Shown: one piece after another, positions 19,331 to 28,412 of the stretch
Layout of the letters: each line of letters begins with the position of its first letter
How positions within the stretch are numbered: the first letter of the stretch is position 1
DNA from: an uncultured Alphaproteobacteria bacterium
GTDB taxonomy: Bacteria; Pseudomonadota; Alphaproteobacteria; Rhizobiales; Rhizobiaceae
Direction of reading: 5' to 3'
Length of the DNA: 64,000 nt
Assembly: GCA_963735385.1 (NCBI GenBank)
Contig: CAVTKY010000023.1
Coordinates: forward strand, 51,109-115,108
Made by a program: the position numbers and the translations under genes
The notes under the pieces: model-generated
What the model was told of the DNA's origin: nothing
What the model saw: the letters and a program-made list of their open reading frames with translations, nothing else
Databases searched by the model: none

Positions 19331-20764
19331 ATGCGTTACGTACGGGACATGCGCGGACACGGAGCCAACCCGCCGAATCCCAAATGGCCGGGCGGGGCCT
19401 ATGTTTGCGTTCAGTTCGTGGTCAACTACGAGGAAGGCGGCGAGAACTGCGTTCTCCATGGCGACGCCGCTTCCGAAGCTTTTCTGTCCGAGATCGTCGG
19501 CGCGCAGCCTTGGCAAGGAATGCGCCACTGGAACATGGAATCCATCTATGAGTACGGCGCGCGTGCAGGTTTCTGGCGGCTGCATCGCTTGCTCACCGAG
19601 GCGAGCGTGCCGGTCACCGTCTACGGCGTCGCCACCGCACTTGCCCGTTCTCCCGACCAGGTCGCGGCGATGCAAGCGGCTGAATGGGAGATCGCCTCTC
19701 ATGGGCTCAAGTGGATCGACTATCGCGACTACGCGAGCGATGACGAACGCCGGGACATGGAAGAGGCTATCCGCCTGCACACCGAAGTCACCGGCGAGCG
19801 CCCTACCGGCTGGTATACGGGACGCACGTCTGTCAACACCGTCCGGCTCACCGCCGCGGAAGGCGGCTTCGCCTATATCTCCGACACCTATGACGACGAA
19901 TTGCCGTACTGGCTCGACCATGACGGCCACGGCAACGCCATCCCGCCGCAGCTTGTTATCCCCTATACCCTCGACGCCAACGACATGCGCTTCGCCACGC
20001 CGCAGGGCTTCAACTCCGGCGACCAATTCTTCGCCTATTTGAAGGATTCCTTCGACACGCTCTATGCGGAAGGCAAGGCCGGCCGGCCGCGCATGATGAA
20101 TATCGGGCTTCACTGCCGCCTTGTCGGCCGGCCTGGGCGTGCCGCCGCCTTGCAGCGTTTCATCGATTACGTGAAGAGCCACGACAAGGTCTGGCTCGCG
20201 CGCCGCATCGATATCGCCCGCCATTGGCGCGAGCATCACCCTTACCAGCCACAGGCGCTTCGCCCCTCGCGTCTGGAGGAAAAAGAGTTTGTCGCACGGT
20301 TCGGCGGCATTTTTGAACATTCGCCCTGGATTGCCGAGCGAACTTTCAGGCTGGAACTCGGGCCCGCGCACGACACGGCGGGCGGGCTGCACAATGCGCT
20401 CTGCCGGGTTTTTCGCTCGGCGAGCGAAAAGGAGCGGCTGGGCGTTCTTACCGCGCACCCTGACCTGGCCGGCAAGCTGGCGCAAGCCAGGCGTCTCACG
20501 GAAGACTCGACGAAGGAGCAAGCCTCCGCTGGTCTCGACGCGCTGACAGATACCGAGCGCGAGCGCTTCACCAAGCTCAACGCGGTCTATGTCGCCAAGT
20601 TCGGCTTTCCGTTCATCATCGCAGTGAAAGGCAGGACCAAGGAGGAGATACTGACGGCATTCGAAAACCGTATCGGTAACGATCGCGAAAGTGAATTTGC
20701 CACCGCCTGCCGGCAGGTGGAGCGCATCGCTCTGCTTCGTCTCCAGGACCTTTTGCCAATTTAG
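19331..20764 (+). CDS. puuE: Fusion protein: allantoinase PuuE (polysaccharide-deacetylase fold) + OHCU decarboxylase (UraD)
   Basis: The N-terminal ~300 aa is PuuE-like (NYEEGGENCVLHGD, GLKWIDY). The C-terminal ~165 aa is OHCU decarboxylase (FGGIFEHSPWIAER, LTAHPDLAGK, FGFPFIIAVKG). Confidence 0.85.
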   Translation: MRYVRDMRGHGANPPNPKWPGGAYVCVQFVVNYEEGGENCVLHGDAASEAFLSEIVGAQPWQGMRHWNMESIYEYGARAGFWRLHRLLTEASVPVTVYGVATALARSPDQVAAMQAAEWEIASHGLKWIDYRDYASDDERRDMEEAIRLHTEVTGERPTGWYTGRTSVNTVRLTAAEGGFAYISDTYDDELPYWLDHDGHGNAIPPQLVIPYTLDANDMRFATPQGFNSGDQFFAYLKDSFDTLYAEGKAGRPRMMNIGLHCRLVGRPGRAAALQRFIDYVKSHDKVWLARRIDIARHWREHHPYQPQALRPSRLEEKEFVARFGGIFEHSPWIAERTFRLELGPAHDTAGGLHNALCRVFRSASEKERLGVLTAHPDLAGKLAQARRLTEDSTKEQASAGLDALTDTERERFTKLNAVYVAKFGFPFIIAVKGRTKEEILTAFENRIGNDRESEFATACRQVERIALLRLQDLLPI

Positions 20765-20774
20765 GATATCAAAA

Positions 20775-21623
20775 ATGACTGGCCGAACCTATTACGCACC
20801 GACCGGGGGCCTGCCCCCGCAGACGCAGCTCCTTACCGACCGCGCCGTGTTCACGGAAGCCTACGCCGTCATCCCGAAAGGCGTGATGAGCGACATCGTG
20901 ACCAGCTATCTGCCATTCTGGGACAATACGCGCCTGTGGGTGCTGTCCCGCCCTCTTTCAGGTTTTGCCGAGACGTTCTCGCAGTACATCATGGAGGTCT
21001 CCCCCGGTGGCGGCAGCGTCAAGCCCGAGCTCGACAAAGGGGCGGAAGGCGCCTTGTTCATCGTGGAAGGCGAACTGACGATCACCCTGGCCGGCCACAA
21101 GCATGTCATGCAGCCGGGCGGCTTTGCCTTCATCCCGCCGGCAAGCGAATGGACGGTCCGAAACGAAAGCAGCCGGCCGGTTCGTTTCCACTGGATAAGA
21201 AAGGCCTACGAATTCGTCGACGGGATCGACGTGCCGGAAGCCTTCGTCACCAACGAGAACCAGATCGCTCCTTCGCCGATGCCGGGCACCGAAGGGAAAT
21301 GGGCCACCACACGCTTCGTAGATACCGCCGACCTGCGCCACGATATGCATGTGACGGTCGTGACTTTCGAACCGGGAGCGGTGATCCCCTTCGCCGAGAC
21401 CCATGTAATGGAGCACGGTCTCTATGTGCTGGAAGGCAAGGCCGTATACCGCCTCAATCAGGACTGGGTGGAAGTCGAAGCCGGCGACTATATGTGGCTG
21501 CGCGCTTTCTGTCCGCAGGCTTGCTATGCAGGCGGCCCCGGCAAGTTCCGCTACCTGCTCTATAAGGACGTCAACCGGCACATGAAGCTGGGCGGCGACG
21601 CGGTTGGACGCTTGGCGCGATGA
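20775..21623 (+). CDS. (S)-ureidoglycine aminohydrolase (bicupin, AllE/YlbA-like)
   Basis: Start trimmed to MTGRTYYAPTGGLPPQTQLL. It has two cupin barrels and sits between puuE-uraD and allA. Confidence 0.8.
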   Translation: MTGRTYYAPTGGLPPQTQLLTDRAVFTEAYAVIPKGVMSDIVTSYLPFWDNTRLWVLSRPLSGFAETFSQYIMEVSPGGGSVKPELDKGAEGALFIVEGELTITLAGHKHVMQPGGFAFIPPASEWTVRNESSRPVRFHWIRKAYEFVDGIDVPEAFVTNENQIAPSPMPGTEGKWATTRFVDTADLRHDMHVTVVTFEPGAVIPFAETHVMEHGLYVLEGKAVYRLNQDWVEVEAGDYMWLRAFCPQACYAGGPGKFRYLLYKDVNRHMKLGGDAVGRLAR

Positions 21624-22123
21624 CCAGAACAATCACAGCACGGCTTTTGACCCGTGAAAACTTCGCCGAATTTGGCGACGTCATCGACACGGATACCGAC
21701 AGCCACTATCCGATCAATGGCGGCAAGACCGAGCGCTATCATGCGCTCGCTCGCGCCGAGGCGGCCGGACCGAATGCGCACGTGCTCATCAATCTGTTCA
21801 AGGGCACGCCCTATGCGTTCCCGTTGCAGCTTTCGATGGTCGAGCGGCATCCCTTCGGCAGCCAGGCTTTCATCCCCCTGTCGCCGCGTCCCTTCGTGGT
21901 GATTGTCTGTCACGACAGCGTGGACGGTCCAGGCGAGCCGCATGCGTTCCTGACTAAACCCGGCCAGGGCGTCAACTATCCGCGCAACCTCTGGCACGGT
22001 GTACTGACACCTATCGGCGAGCCCCAGGATTTCGTCGTGGTCGACCGTGGCGGCGATGGTTCGAATATCGAAGAGTTCTATTTCACCCACCCCTATGAGG
22101 TACGCTTACCGGAAGGCGTTTGA
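21620..22123 (+). CDS. allA: Ureidoglycolate lyase
   Basis: 167 aa with ENFAEFGDVI and ERHPFGSQAFIPL, typical of AllA. Its ATGA start overlaps the upstream stop. Confidence 0.85.
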   Translation: MTRTITARLLTRENFAEFGDVIDTDTDSHYPINGGKTERYHALARAEAAGPNAHVLINLFKGTPYAFPLQLSMVERHPFGSQAFIPLSPRPFVVIVCHDSVDGPGEPHAFLTKPGQGVNYPRNLWHGVLTPIGEPQDFVVVDRGGDGSNIEEFYFTHPYEVRLPEGV

Positions 22124-22126
22124 CAC

Positions 22127-22720
22127 ATGCCTGACCTTAGCTTGATCGATCGCCTCTTCGACGTGATCGAGAACGACATCGTGCCGAAAACAGTCGAAGG
22201 CATTGCGCGCGGCAACAAATTGTTCGGCGCCGCGATCCTGAGAAAGAGCGACAACTCGGTCGTGATTGCCGAAACCAACAACGAGATCGAAAACCCGCTT
22301 TGGCACGGCGAAGTACATTGTCTGAAGCGCTTCTATGAAATGCCGAAAGCAAGCCGTCCTGACACTAAGGACTGCATCTTCCTGGCCACGCACGAACCCT
22401 GCTCGCTCTGCTTGTCCGCGATCGCCTGGACCGGCTTCGACAATTTCTACTATCTGTTCAGCCACGAGGACTCCCGCGACAGCTTCGCGATACCGCACGA
22501 CCTGAAGATCCTGAAGGAGGTCTTCACGCTCGATCCCGGCGGCTACAATACCGAAAACGCCTATTGGAAGAGCTATTCACTGCGAAAGCTGGTGCGCGAA
22601 CTGCCGGATCCCGACCGCAAGCGCCTCGAAGCACGCGCTGCGGCCATTGCCGCCCGCTATGACGAACTCTCCGCCGCGTATCAGGACGGCAAGGTGGACA
22701 ACGATATTCCCCTGAACTGA
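22127..22720 (+). CDS. CDA-fold (cytidine/deoxycytidylate deaminase-like) nucleoside/nucleobase deaminase
   Basis: Zinc motifs HGE (WHGEVHCL) and PCxxC (HEPCSLCLSAI). It is the last gene of the purine catabolic string. Confidence 0.75.
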   Translation: MPDLSLIDRLFDVIENDIVPKTVEGIARGNKLFGAAILRKSDNSVVIAETNNEIENPLWHGEVHCLKRFYEMPKASRPDTKDCIFLATHEPCSLCLSAIAWTGFDNFYYLFSHEDSRDSFAIPHDLKILKEVFTLDPGGYNTENAYWKSYSLRKLVRELPDPDRKRLEARAAAIAARYDELSAAYQDGKVDNDIPLN

Positions 22721-22855
22721 ACCCGTCAGCGCGCGGCTGCGGCTTCATGTACCTTCGAGGTTCACTCAAGCCGCAAACAGCAATTCCGGCGGCGCTTCTC
22801 CGCCTTGCCTTCGCTTCATGCGGCGTGCCTCATACTGGAAACAGTGGAGCCCTGC

Positions 22856-24862
22856 ATGAAGACAGTCAGCGAATTCCCGCGCAAAGTCATCGAGTTCCCG
22901 GACATGGGCATCGTCATGCCGGACGGCTGCCGATTGTCGGCGCGGGTATGGATACCTGAGGACGCCGAGCAAAATCCGGTTCCCGTCATTCTCGAACATC
23001 TTCCCTACCGTAAGCGCGACGGCACGACCGCGCGTGACAGCCTCACCCATCCCTATTTTGCCGGCCACGGCTATGCCTGCCTCCGCGTCGACATGCGCGG
23101 CAATGGCGATTCCGAAGGCCTCATGGATGACGAGTACAGCGAACAGGAGCTGCAGGATGCCTGCGACGTGATCGCCTGGGCGGCCCCACAGCCCTGGTGC
23201 TCGGGCAAAGCCGGCATGATGGGCATTTCCTGGGGCGGCTTCAATGCGCTGCAGGTCGCCGCCAAACAGCCGGAGGCGCTGAAAGCGATCATCACGCTCT
23301 GCTCGACCGACGACCGCTACGCCGACGATATCCACTACAAGGGCGGGCTGCTGCTCAACGAAAACATGGGCTGGGGAGCAACGATGCTTTCCTATTCGTC
23401 GCGTCCTCCGGATCCTGCGATCGTCGGAGAAGAGTGGCGTGACATGTGGTTCGATCGCCTTGAGCATGACCCGTTCCTGCCTGCGGTCTGGCTGAGGCAT
23501 CAGCGGCGCGACGCTTATTGGAAGCGCGGCTCCGTCTGCGAGGATTTCGGAAGCATAAAGGCTGCCACTCTCGCGGTGGGCGGTTGGGGCGACGCCTACA
23601 AGAACGCTGTCGCCCGCATCGTCGAAGGCGTGCAGGCGCCGGCCAAGGGCATCATCGGGCCGTGGGTCCACAAATATCCGCATTTCGCGGTGCCGAAGCC
23701 GGCGATCGGCTTTCTGCAGGAGGCGCTGCGCTGGTGGGACCGCTGGCTAAAGGATATCGACACAGGCGTCGACCAGGAACCCGCTATGCGTGTCTATGTC
23801 ATGGATTCCGTCCCGCCAAAAGACTGGTACGAAGAGCGTCCGGGGCGATGGGTAGCGGTGGACGGATGGTCTTCCCCGGACATCGCCACCAGACGGCTGG
23901 AGTTCGGAGATGCGGGCACTCTTTCCCCACTCGCTGCGGCGCTGCAACCGACCGAGATCACCTCGCCGCAGGATTGCGGTTTGGCAGGCGGCGAATATTG
24001 CGCGATCTGGCTCGGACCGGAGCTGCCAGGCGACCAGCGGGCCGATGATGCGAAATCCGTGTGCTTCGATTCAGAACCGCTGGAAGAACCCTGTGACATT
24101 GTCGGAACGTCGGTGATTCGGCTCAAGCTTGCCGCGAACCGCCCCCGCGCCATGGTCGTGGTCCGCCTTTGCGAGGTGCAGCCTGATGGCGGCTCGACAA
24201 GGATCACCTACGGCGTCCTGAACCTCTGTCACCGCAACAGTCACGAATTCGTGGAGGACGTGATCCCGGGCGAGGTGATGGAGATCGCGTTGAAACTCGA
24301 CGACATTGCCTATCGTGCCGCTGCCGGCAACCGTCTGCGGGTCGCCATTTCATCGACCTATTGGCCCTTGGTCTGGCCGTCGCCGGAGCCGGTGGCGCTC
24401 ACGCTTCACGAAGGCGCGATCAACCTTCCTGTTCGCGCGCCGAATCTCCGCGACGATATTTCCTTTCCGGCTCCGGAGGGTGCAGCGCCGTGGCAGCGGG
24501 AGATCCTTCGGGAGAGTTCGCATAGCCGCACTGTAGAGCGCGATCCGGCGACTGGAGCGACAAGGCTGGCGATCGTCGACGATTTCGGCGAGCAACGCGA
24601 CAGCGATCATGGCCTCGTCACCGGCAGCATCGCGCGCGAAATCTGGACCATCGATCCCGTCGATCCCTTGTCGGCCGAAGGTGAGACGCATTGGACCCAG
24701 ACGTTGTCGCGAAACGAATGGTCAGTCCGCACCGAAACCTTCACGAAGATACGATCCGATGCGCAAAATTTTTATCTCACCGGCCGGATCGTCGCTTACG
24801 AAGGCGATGCGCTCGTCTTCGAACGGAATTTCGAGGAAACCATCGCGCGTGACCATGCCTGA
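22856..24862 (+). CDS. CocE/NonD family hydrolase (S15 X-Pro dipeptidyl-peptidase fold)
   Basis: Start trimmed to MKTVSEFPRKV, with a GTGGAG RBS. Contains LPYRKRDGT, a GISWGG nucleophile elbow and a C-terminal beta-sandwich domain. Confidence 0.85.
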   Translation: MKTVSEFPRKVIEFPDMGIVMPDGCRLSARVWIPEDAEQNPVPVILEHLPYRKRDGTTARDSLTHPYFAGHGYACLRVDMRGNGDSEGLMDDEYSEQELQDACDVIAWAAPQPWCSGKAGMMGISWGGFNALQVAAKQPEALKAIITLCSTDDRYADDIHYKGGLLLNENMGWGATMLSYSSRPPDPAIVGEEWRDMWFDRLEHDPFLPAVWLRHQRRDAYWKRGSVCEDFGSIKAATLAVGGWGDAYKNAVARIVEGVQAPAKGIIGPWVHKYPHFAVPKPAIGFLQEALRWWDRWLKDIDTGVDQEPAMRVYVMDSVPPKDWYEERPGRWVAVDGWSSPDIATRRLEFGDAGTLSPLAAALQPTEITSPQDCGLAGGEYCAIWLGPELPGDQRADDAKSVCFDSEPLEEPCDIVGTSVIRLKLAANRPRAMVVVRLCEVQPDGGSTRITYGVLNLCHRNSHEFVEDVIPGEVMEIALKLDDIAYRAAAGNRLRVAISSTYWPLVWPSPEPVALTLHEGAINLPVRAPNLRDDISFPAPEGAAPWQREILRESSHSRTVERDPATGATRLAIVDDFGEQRDSDHGLVTGSIAREIWTIDPVDPLSAEGETHWTQTLSRNEWSVRTETFTKIRSDAQNFYLTGRIVAYEGDALVFERNFEETIARDHA

Positions 24863-25012
24863 GCGTCCGGTGATTGGTCCAAGAGCGGCATACGATTTAC
24901 GCCACGGAATGTCGCATTAGGCCTTGCCGTGCGCTTTCCGTTGCGTTCAATATCCTCACCAAAAGAAGCCGAGGACAACCACGGCCATAATCACCAGAGC
25001 GAGGAACCTTGA

Positions 25013-26602
25013 ATGTCGAATGAACTTGAGTTTCTGAGTCACCGCGTTGCCGTCGGCAAGCTGAGCCGGCGCGATTTTCTCGGCCGCGCGGCCGCGCTTG
25101 GCGTCACCGCGACTTTCGCCAATTCGCTCCTTTCCAGCGCCGCCAAGGCCGCGGGCCCAGTCAAGGGCGGCATATTGAAGGCGGGGGTGGTCGGCGGCGA
25201 GTCTACCAATAGCCTCGATCCGGCCCTGATACTCACCCAGGTGCCGCAGATATTCTCCAAGCAATGGGGGGAAATGATCGTCGAGTTAGCGCCCGATGGC
25301 GGGCTGGAATACAGGATCGCGGAGGAGATCGGCGCTTCGGATGACGCCAAGACCTGGACGTTGAAGATCCGCGACGGAATCGAATTCCACAACGGCAAGA
25401 CAGTAACCGCCGAGGATGTCGCCGCCACTCTTGAGCGTCACTCCGACGAAAAGGCAAAATCCGGCGCGCTCGGATATATGAGGGGCGTCGAGAGCATCAA
25501 GGCCAGCGGCAAGGAAGTCATCCTGGTCCTGAAGGAGCCAAATGCCGACCTACCGTACATTCTGAGCGACTACCACCTCATCGTCCAGCCTAATGGCGGC
25601 AAGGACGATCCTACTGCCGGCATTGGGGCCGGGCCTTACAAGATCAGCGTGAACGAGCCCGGCGTGCGACACGGCGGCGAGCGTTTTGCCAACTACTGGC
25701 AAGCTGACAAGATGGCCCATGTGGATCAGGTGGAAATCATCGTAATCAACGACGCCACTGCGCGGACCTCGGCCTTACAGGCCGGCCAGATCAACATGAT
25801 CAACCGGGTCGAGCCAAAGATCGTCGACCTGATCAAGCGCGTTCCAGGCCTCACGATCCACACCACCTCGGGTCCTGGGCAGTATGTTTTCATCATGCAT
25901 TGCAACACCGCGCCCTTTGACAACACCGACCTGCGGATGGCGTTGAAACTTGCAATGGACCGAGAGGAGATGCTCGACAAGATCCTGAGAGGTTATGGGA
26001 CTATGGGGAACGATTTCCCAATCAATGCGTCCTATCCGCTCTTCCCGGATGACATTGAGCAGCGAAAATTCGATCCCGACAAGGCCAAGTTCCACTATCA
26101 GAAATCCGGCCATAGCGGTCCGATCCTGCTCAGAACCTCTGAAGTCGCTTTTCCAGGCGCTGTCGATGCCGCGCAGCTTTACCAGCAAAGCTGCGCCAAG
26201 GCAGGCATCACAATCGAGGTCAAACGCGAGCCGGGCGACGGATATTGGACGGAAGTCTGGAATAAGCAGCCGTTCTCGACTTCCTATTGGGGCGGGCGTT
26301 CGACCCAGGACCAGATGTATTCGACGGCCTATCTTTCTTCAGCGGAATGGAACGACACGCGCTTCCTGCGCCCGGACTTTGACAAGATGGTGATCGCTGC
26401 GCGCGCCGAACTCGATCAGGACAAGCGCAAGGCCATGTACCGCGACATGGCGGTCGTCGTCAGGGACGAGGGCGGGCTTATTCTGCCGATGTTCAACCAG
26501 GTCATCGACGCGACCGGTCCCAAGGTCGGCGGATGGATCGATGACCCGCACCAGGAACTGATGAACGGCTACGCTTTGTCGAAATGCTGGCTCGAAGCGT
26601 GA
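25013..26602 (+). CDS. ABC transporter substrate-binding protein, family 5 (peptide/nickel type), Tat signal
   Basis: Tat signal SRRDFLGRAAALGVTATFA. 529 aa, SBP_bac_5-like. Confidence 0.85.
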   Translation: MSNELEFLSHRVAVGKLSRRDFLGRAAALGVTATFANSLLSSAAKAAGPVKGGILKAGVVGGESTNSLDPALILTQVPQIFSKQWGEMIVELAPDGGLEYRIAEEIGASDDAKTWTLKIRDGIEFHNGKTVTAEDVAATLERHSDEKAKSGALGYMRGVESIKASGKEVILVLKEPNADLPYILSDYHLIVQPNGGKDDPTAGIGAGPYKISVNEPGVRHGGERFANYWQADKMAHVDQVEIIVINDATARTSALQAGQINMINRVEPKIVDLIKRVPGLTIHTTSGPGQYVFIMHCNTAPFDNTDLRMALKLAMDREEMLDKILRGYGTMGNDFPINASYPLFPDDIEQRKFDPDKAKFHYQKSGHSGPILLRTSEVAFPGAVDAAQLYQQSCAKAGITIEVKREPGDGYWTEVWNKQPFSTSYWGGRSTQDQMYSTAYLSSAEWNDTRFLRPDFDKMVIAARAELDQDKRKAMYRDMAVVVRDEGGLILPMFNQVIDATGPKVGGWIDDPHQELMNGYALSKCWLEA

Positions 26603-26615
26603 GCTCTTTGCGGAG

Positions 26616-27575
26616 ATGTCCACACCCATTGTGAAACTGGTGGCCCAGCGCGTCGCGCTGGGTCTACTTCTCCTTTTGGCCGTTTCGGTTCTGATCTTCG
26701 TTGGGACGCAGATTCTTCCGGGCGACGTTGCCCAGTCGATCCTCGGCCAGTCGGCAACACCGCAGTCGCTCGCCACTCTGCGCGAGGAACTCGGACTCAA
26801 CGATCCCGCTTATGTCCGCTATTTCAGATGGCTCGGCGGCGTTCTAACCGGCGATCTCGGCACGGCGCTCTCCAGCCGGCAGGATATCGCGACATCGCTC
26901 GGCGGGCGGCTTTGGAACACCTTGTTCCTCGCTTTCTGGGCAGCAATCATCTCCATCCCGCTGGCGATCGCCATGGGCCTCATCGCTGTGCGCTACCGGA
27001 ACGGAGTTATCGACAAGGCGATCTCCGGCATTGCGCTCGCCTCGACCTCGCTACCGGAATTTTTCATCGGCTATCTGCTCATCTATTTCGTCGCCGTGAA
27101 GTTGCAGTGGCTGCCGAGCGTCTCCACCGTCTATGACGGCATGGCCTTCGCGGACCGCATGAAGGCCATCGCACTGCCTGCGCTGGCGCTCACCTTCGTC
27201 GTTTTCGCGCATATGATGCGTATGACCCGCGCCGCGATCCTCAACGTCATGCAATCGGCCTATATCGAAACCGCCGAGCTCAAGGGCCTGAGACCCATCG
27301 AGATCATTCGCCGCCACGCCTTTCCGAATGCCGTCGCACCGATCGTCAACGTGATCATGCTCAATCTTGCCTTCCTGGTCGTCGGCGTCGTCGTCGTGGA
27401 GGTCATCTTCGTCTACCCGGGCATGGGGCAGTATCTGGTCGATCATGTCTCCAAGCGCGACGTGCCTGTTGTCCAGGCGTGCGGCCTGGTCTTCGCTGCG
27501 GTCTATATCGGGTTGAACATCGTCGCGGATATTGCGGCAATCGTCGCCAATCCGCGTCTCAGACATCCGAAATGA
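26616..27575 (+). CDS. ABC transporter permease (DppB/OppB-like)
   Basis: 319 aa, six TM segments, BPD_transp_1 EAA-loop region (YIETAELKGLRPIEIIRRHAFPNA). Confidence 0.85.
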   Translation: MSTPIVKLVAQRVALGLLLLLAVSVLIFVGTQILPGDVAQSILGQSATPQSLATLREELGLNDPAYVRYFRWLGGVLTGDLGTALSSRQDIATSLGGRLWNTLFLAFWAAIISIPLAIAMGLIAVRYRNGVIDKAISGIALASTSLPEFFIGYLLIYFVAVKLQWLPSVSTVYDGMAFADRMKAIALPALALTFVVFAHMMRMTRAAILNVMQSAYIETAELKGLRPIEIIRRHAFPNAVAPIVNVIMLNLAFLVVGVVVVEVIFVYPGMGQYLVDHVSKRDVPVVQACGLVFAAVYIGLNIVADIAAIVANPRLRHPK

Positions 27576-27581
27576 GGGCGC

Positions 27582-28412
27582 ATGCTTGACTTCGGTCGCA
27601 TTCCGCTGGGCGCATGGATCGGCCTGATCTTCACCAGCCTGTTTCTGTTCGTCGCCATCTTCGCACCTCTCGTCTCGCCGTTTCCCATGGACGCGATCGT
27701 CGGCGATGTCTGGGAGCCGATGTCCGCCGAACATTGGCTTGGCACTGATAATCTTGGCCGCGACCTGCTCTCCCGCATGATCTACGGGGCACGCACGACC
27801 ATTTTCATAGCTGCGACTGCAACGGCCATCGCCTTCACGCTGGGGTCGGTTCTGGGGTTCACGGCTGCCGTCGTCGGCGGCTGGTTCGACACGCTGATGT
27901 CGCGTTTCGTCGATCTCCTGATGGCGATCCCCACCTTGATCTTCGGCCTGGTGATTTTGTCGGTTCTGCCAACCACGCTGGTCACTCTGATCCTAGTGAT
28001 GGGCATCCTCAACTCAACACGCGTCTATCGCCTCTCACGCGCGGTTGCCGCCGACATCAACGTCATGGACTTTGTCGAAGCCGCCAAACTGCGCGGTGAA
28101 GGCACGCGTTGGATCATTTTCCGCGAGATTCTGCCCAACGCGCTGTCGCCGCTTGTCTCGGAACTCGGTCTGCGCTTCATCTATGCCGTGCTCTTCCTTT
28201 CCGCCCTCTCCTTCCTCGGCCTCGGGGTGCAGCCGCCGCAAGCCGACTGGGGCGGAATGGTGAAGGAAAACAAGGACGGCATCGTCTTCGGCATCGCTGC
28301 CGCGCTGATCCCCGCCGCGGCGATCGCGGCGCTTGCCATTTCGGTGAACCTTGTCGCCGACTGGATCCTCAATCGCACCACCAGCCTCAAGGGGGGCCGT
28401 GGCAATGCCTAA
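27582..28412 (+). CDS. ABC transporter permease (DppC/OppC-like)
   Basis: 276 aa. Contains GTDNLGRDLLSRMIYG and FVEAAKLRGEGTRWIIFREILPNA. Confidence 0.85.
   Translation: MLDFGRIPLGAWIGLIFTSLFLFVAIFAPLVSPFPMDAIVGDVWEPMSAEHWLGTDNLGRDLLSRMIYGARTTIFIAATATAIAFTLGSVLGFTAAVVGGWFDTLMSRFVDLLMAIPTLIFGLVILSVLPTTLVTLILVMGILNSTRVYRLSRAVAADINVMDFVEAAKLRGEGTRWIIFREILPNALSPLVSELGLRFIYAVLFLSALSFLGLGVQPPQADWGGMVKENKDGIVFGIAAALIPAAAIAALAISVNLVADWILNRTTSLKGGRGNA

Noticed and set aside
19328-20521. 397-aa minus-strand ORF
   Set aside because: It is antisense to the puuE-uraD fusion and has no recognisable motifs.
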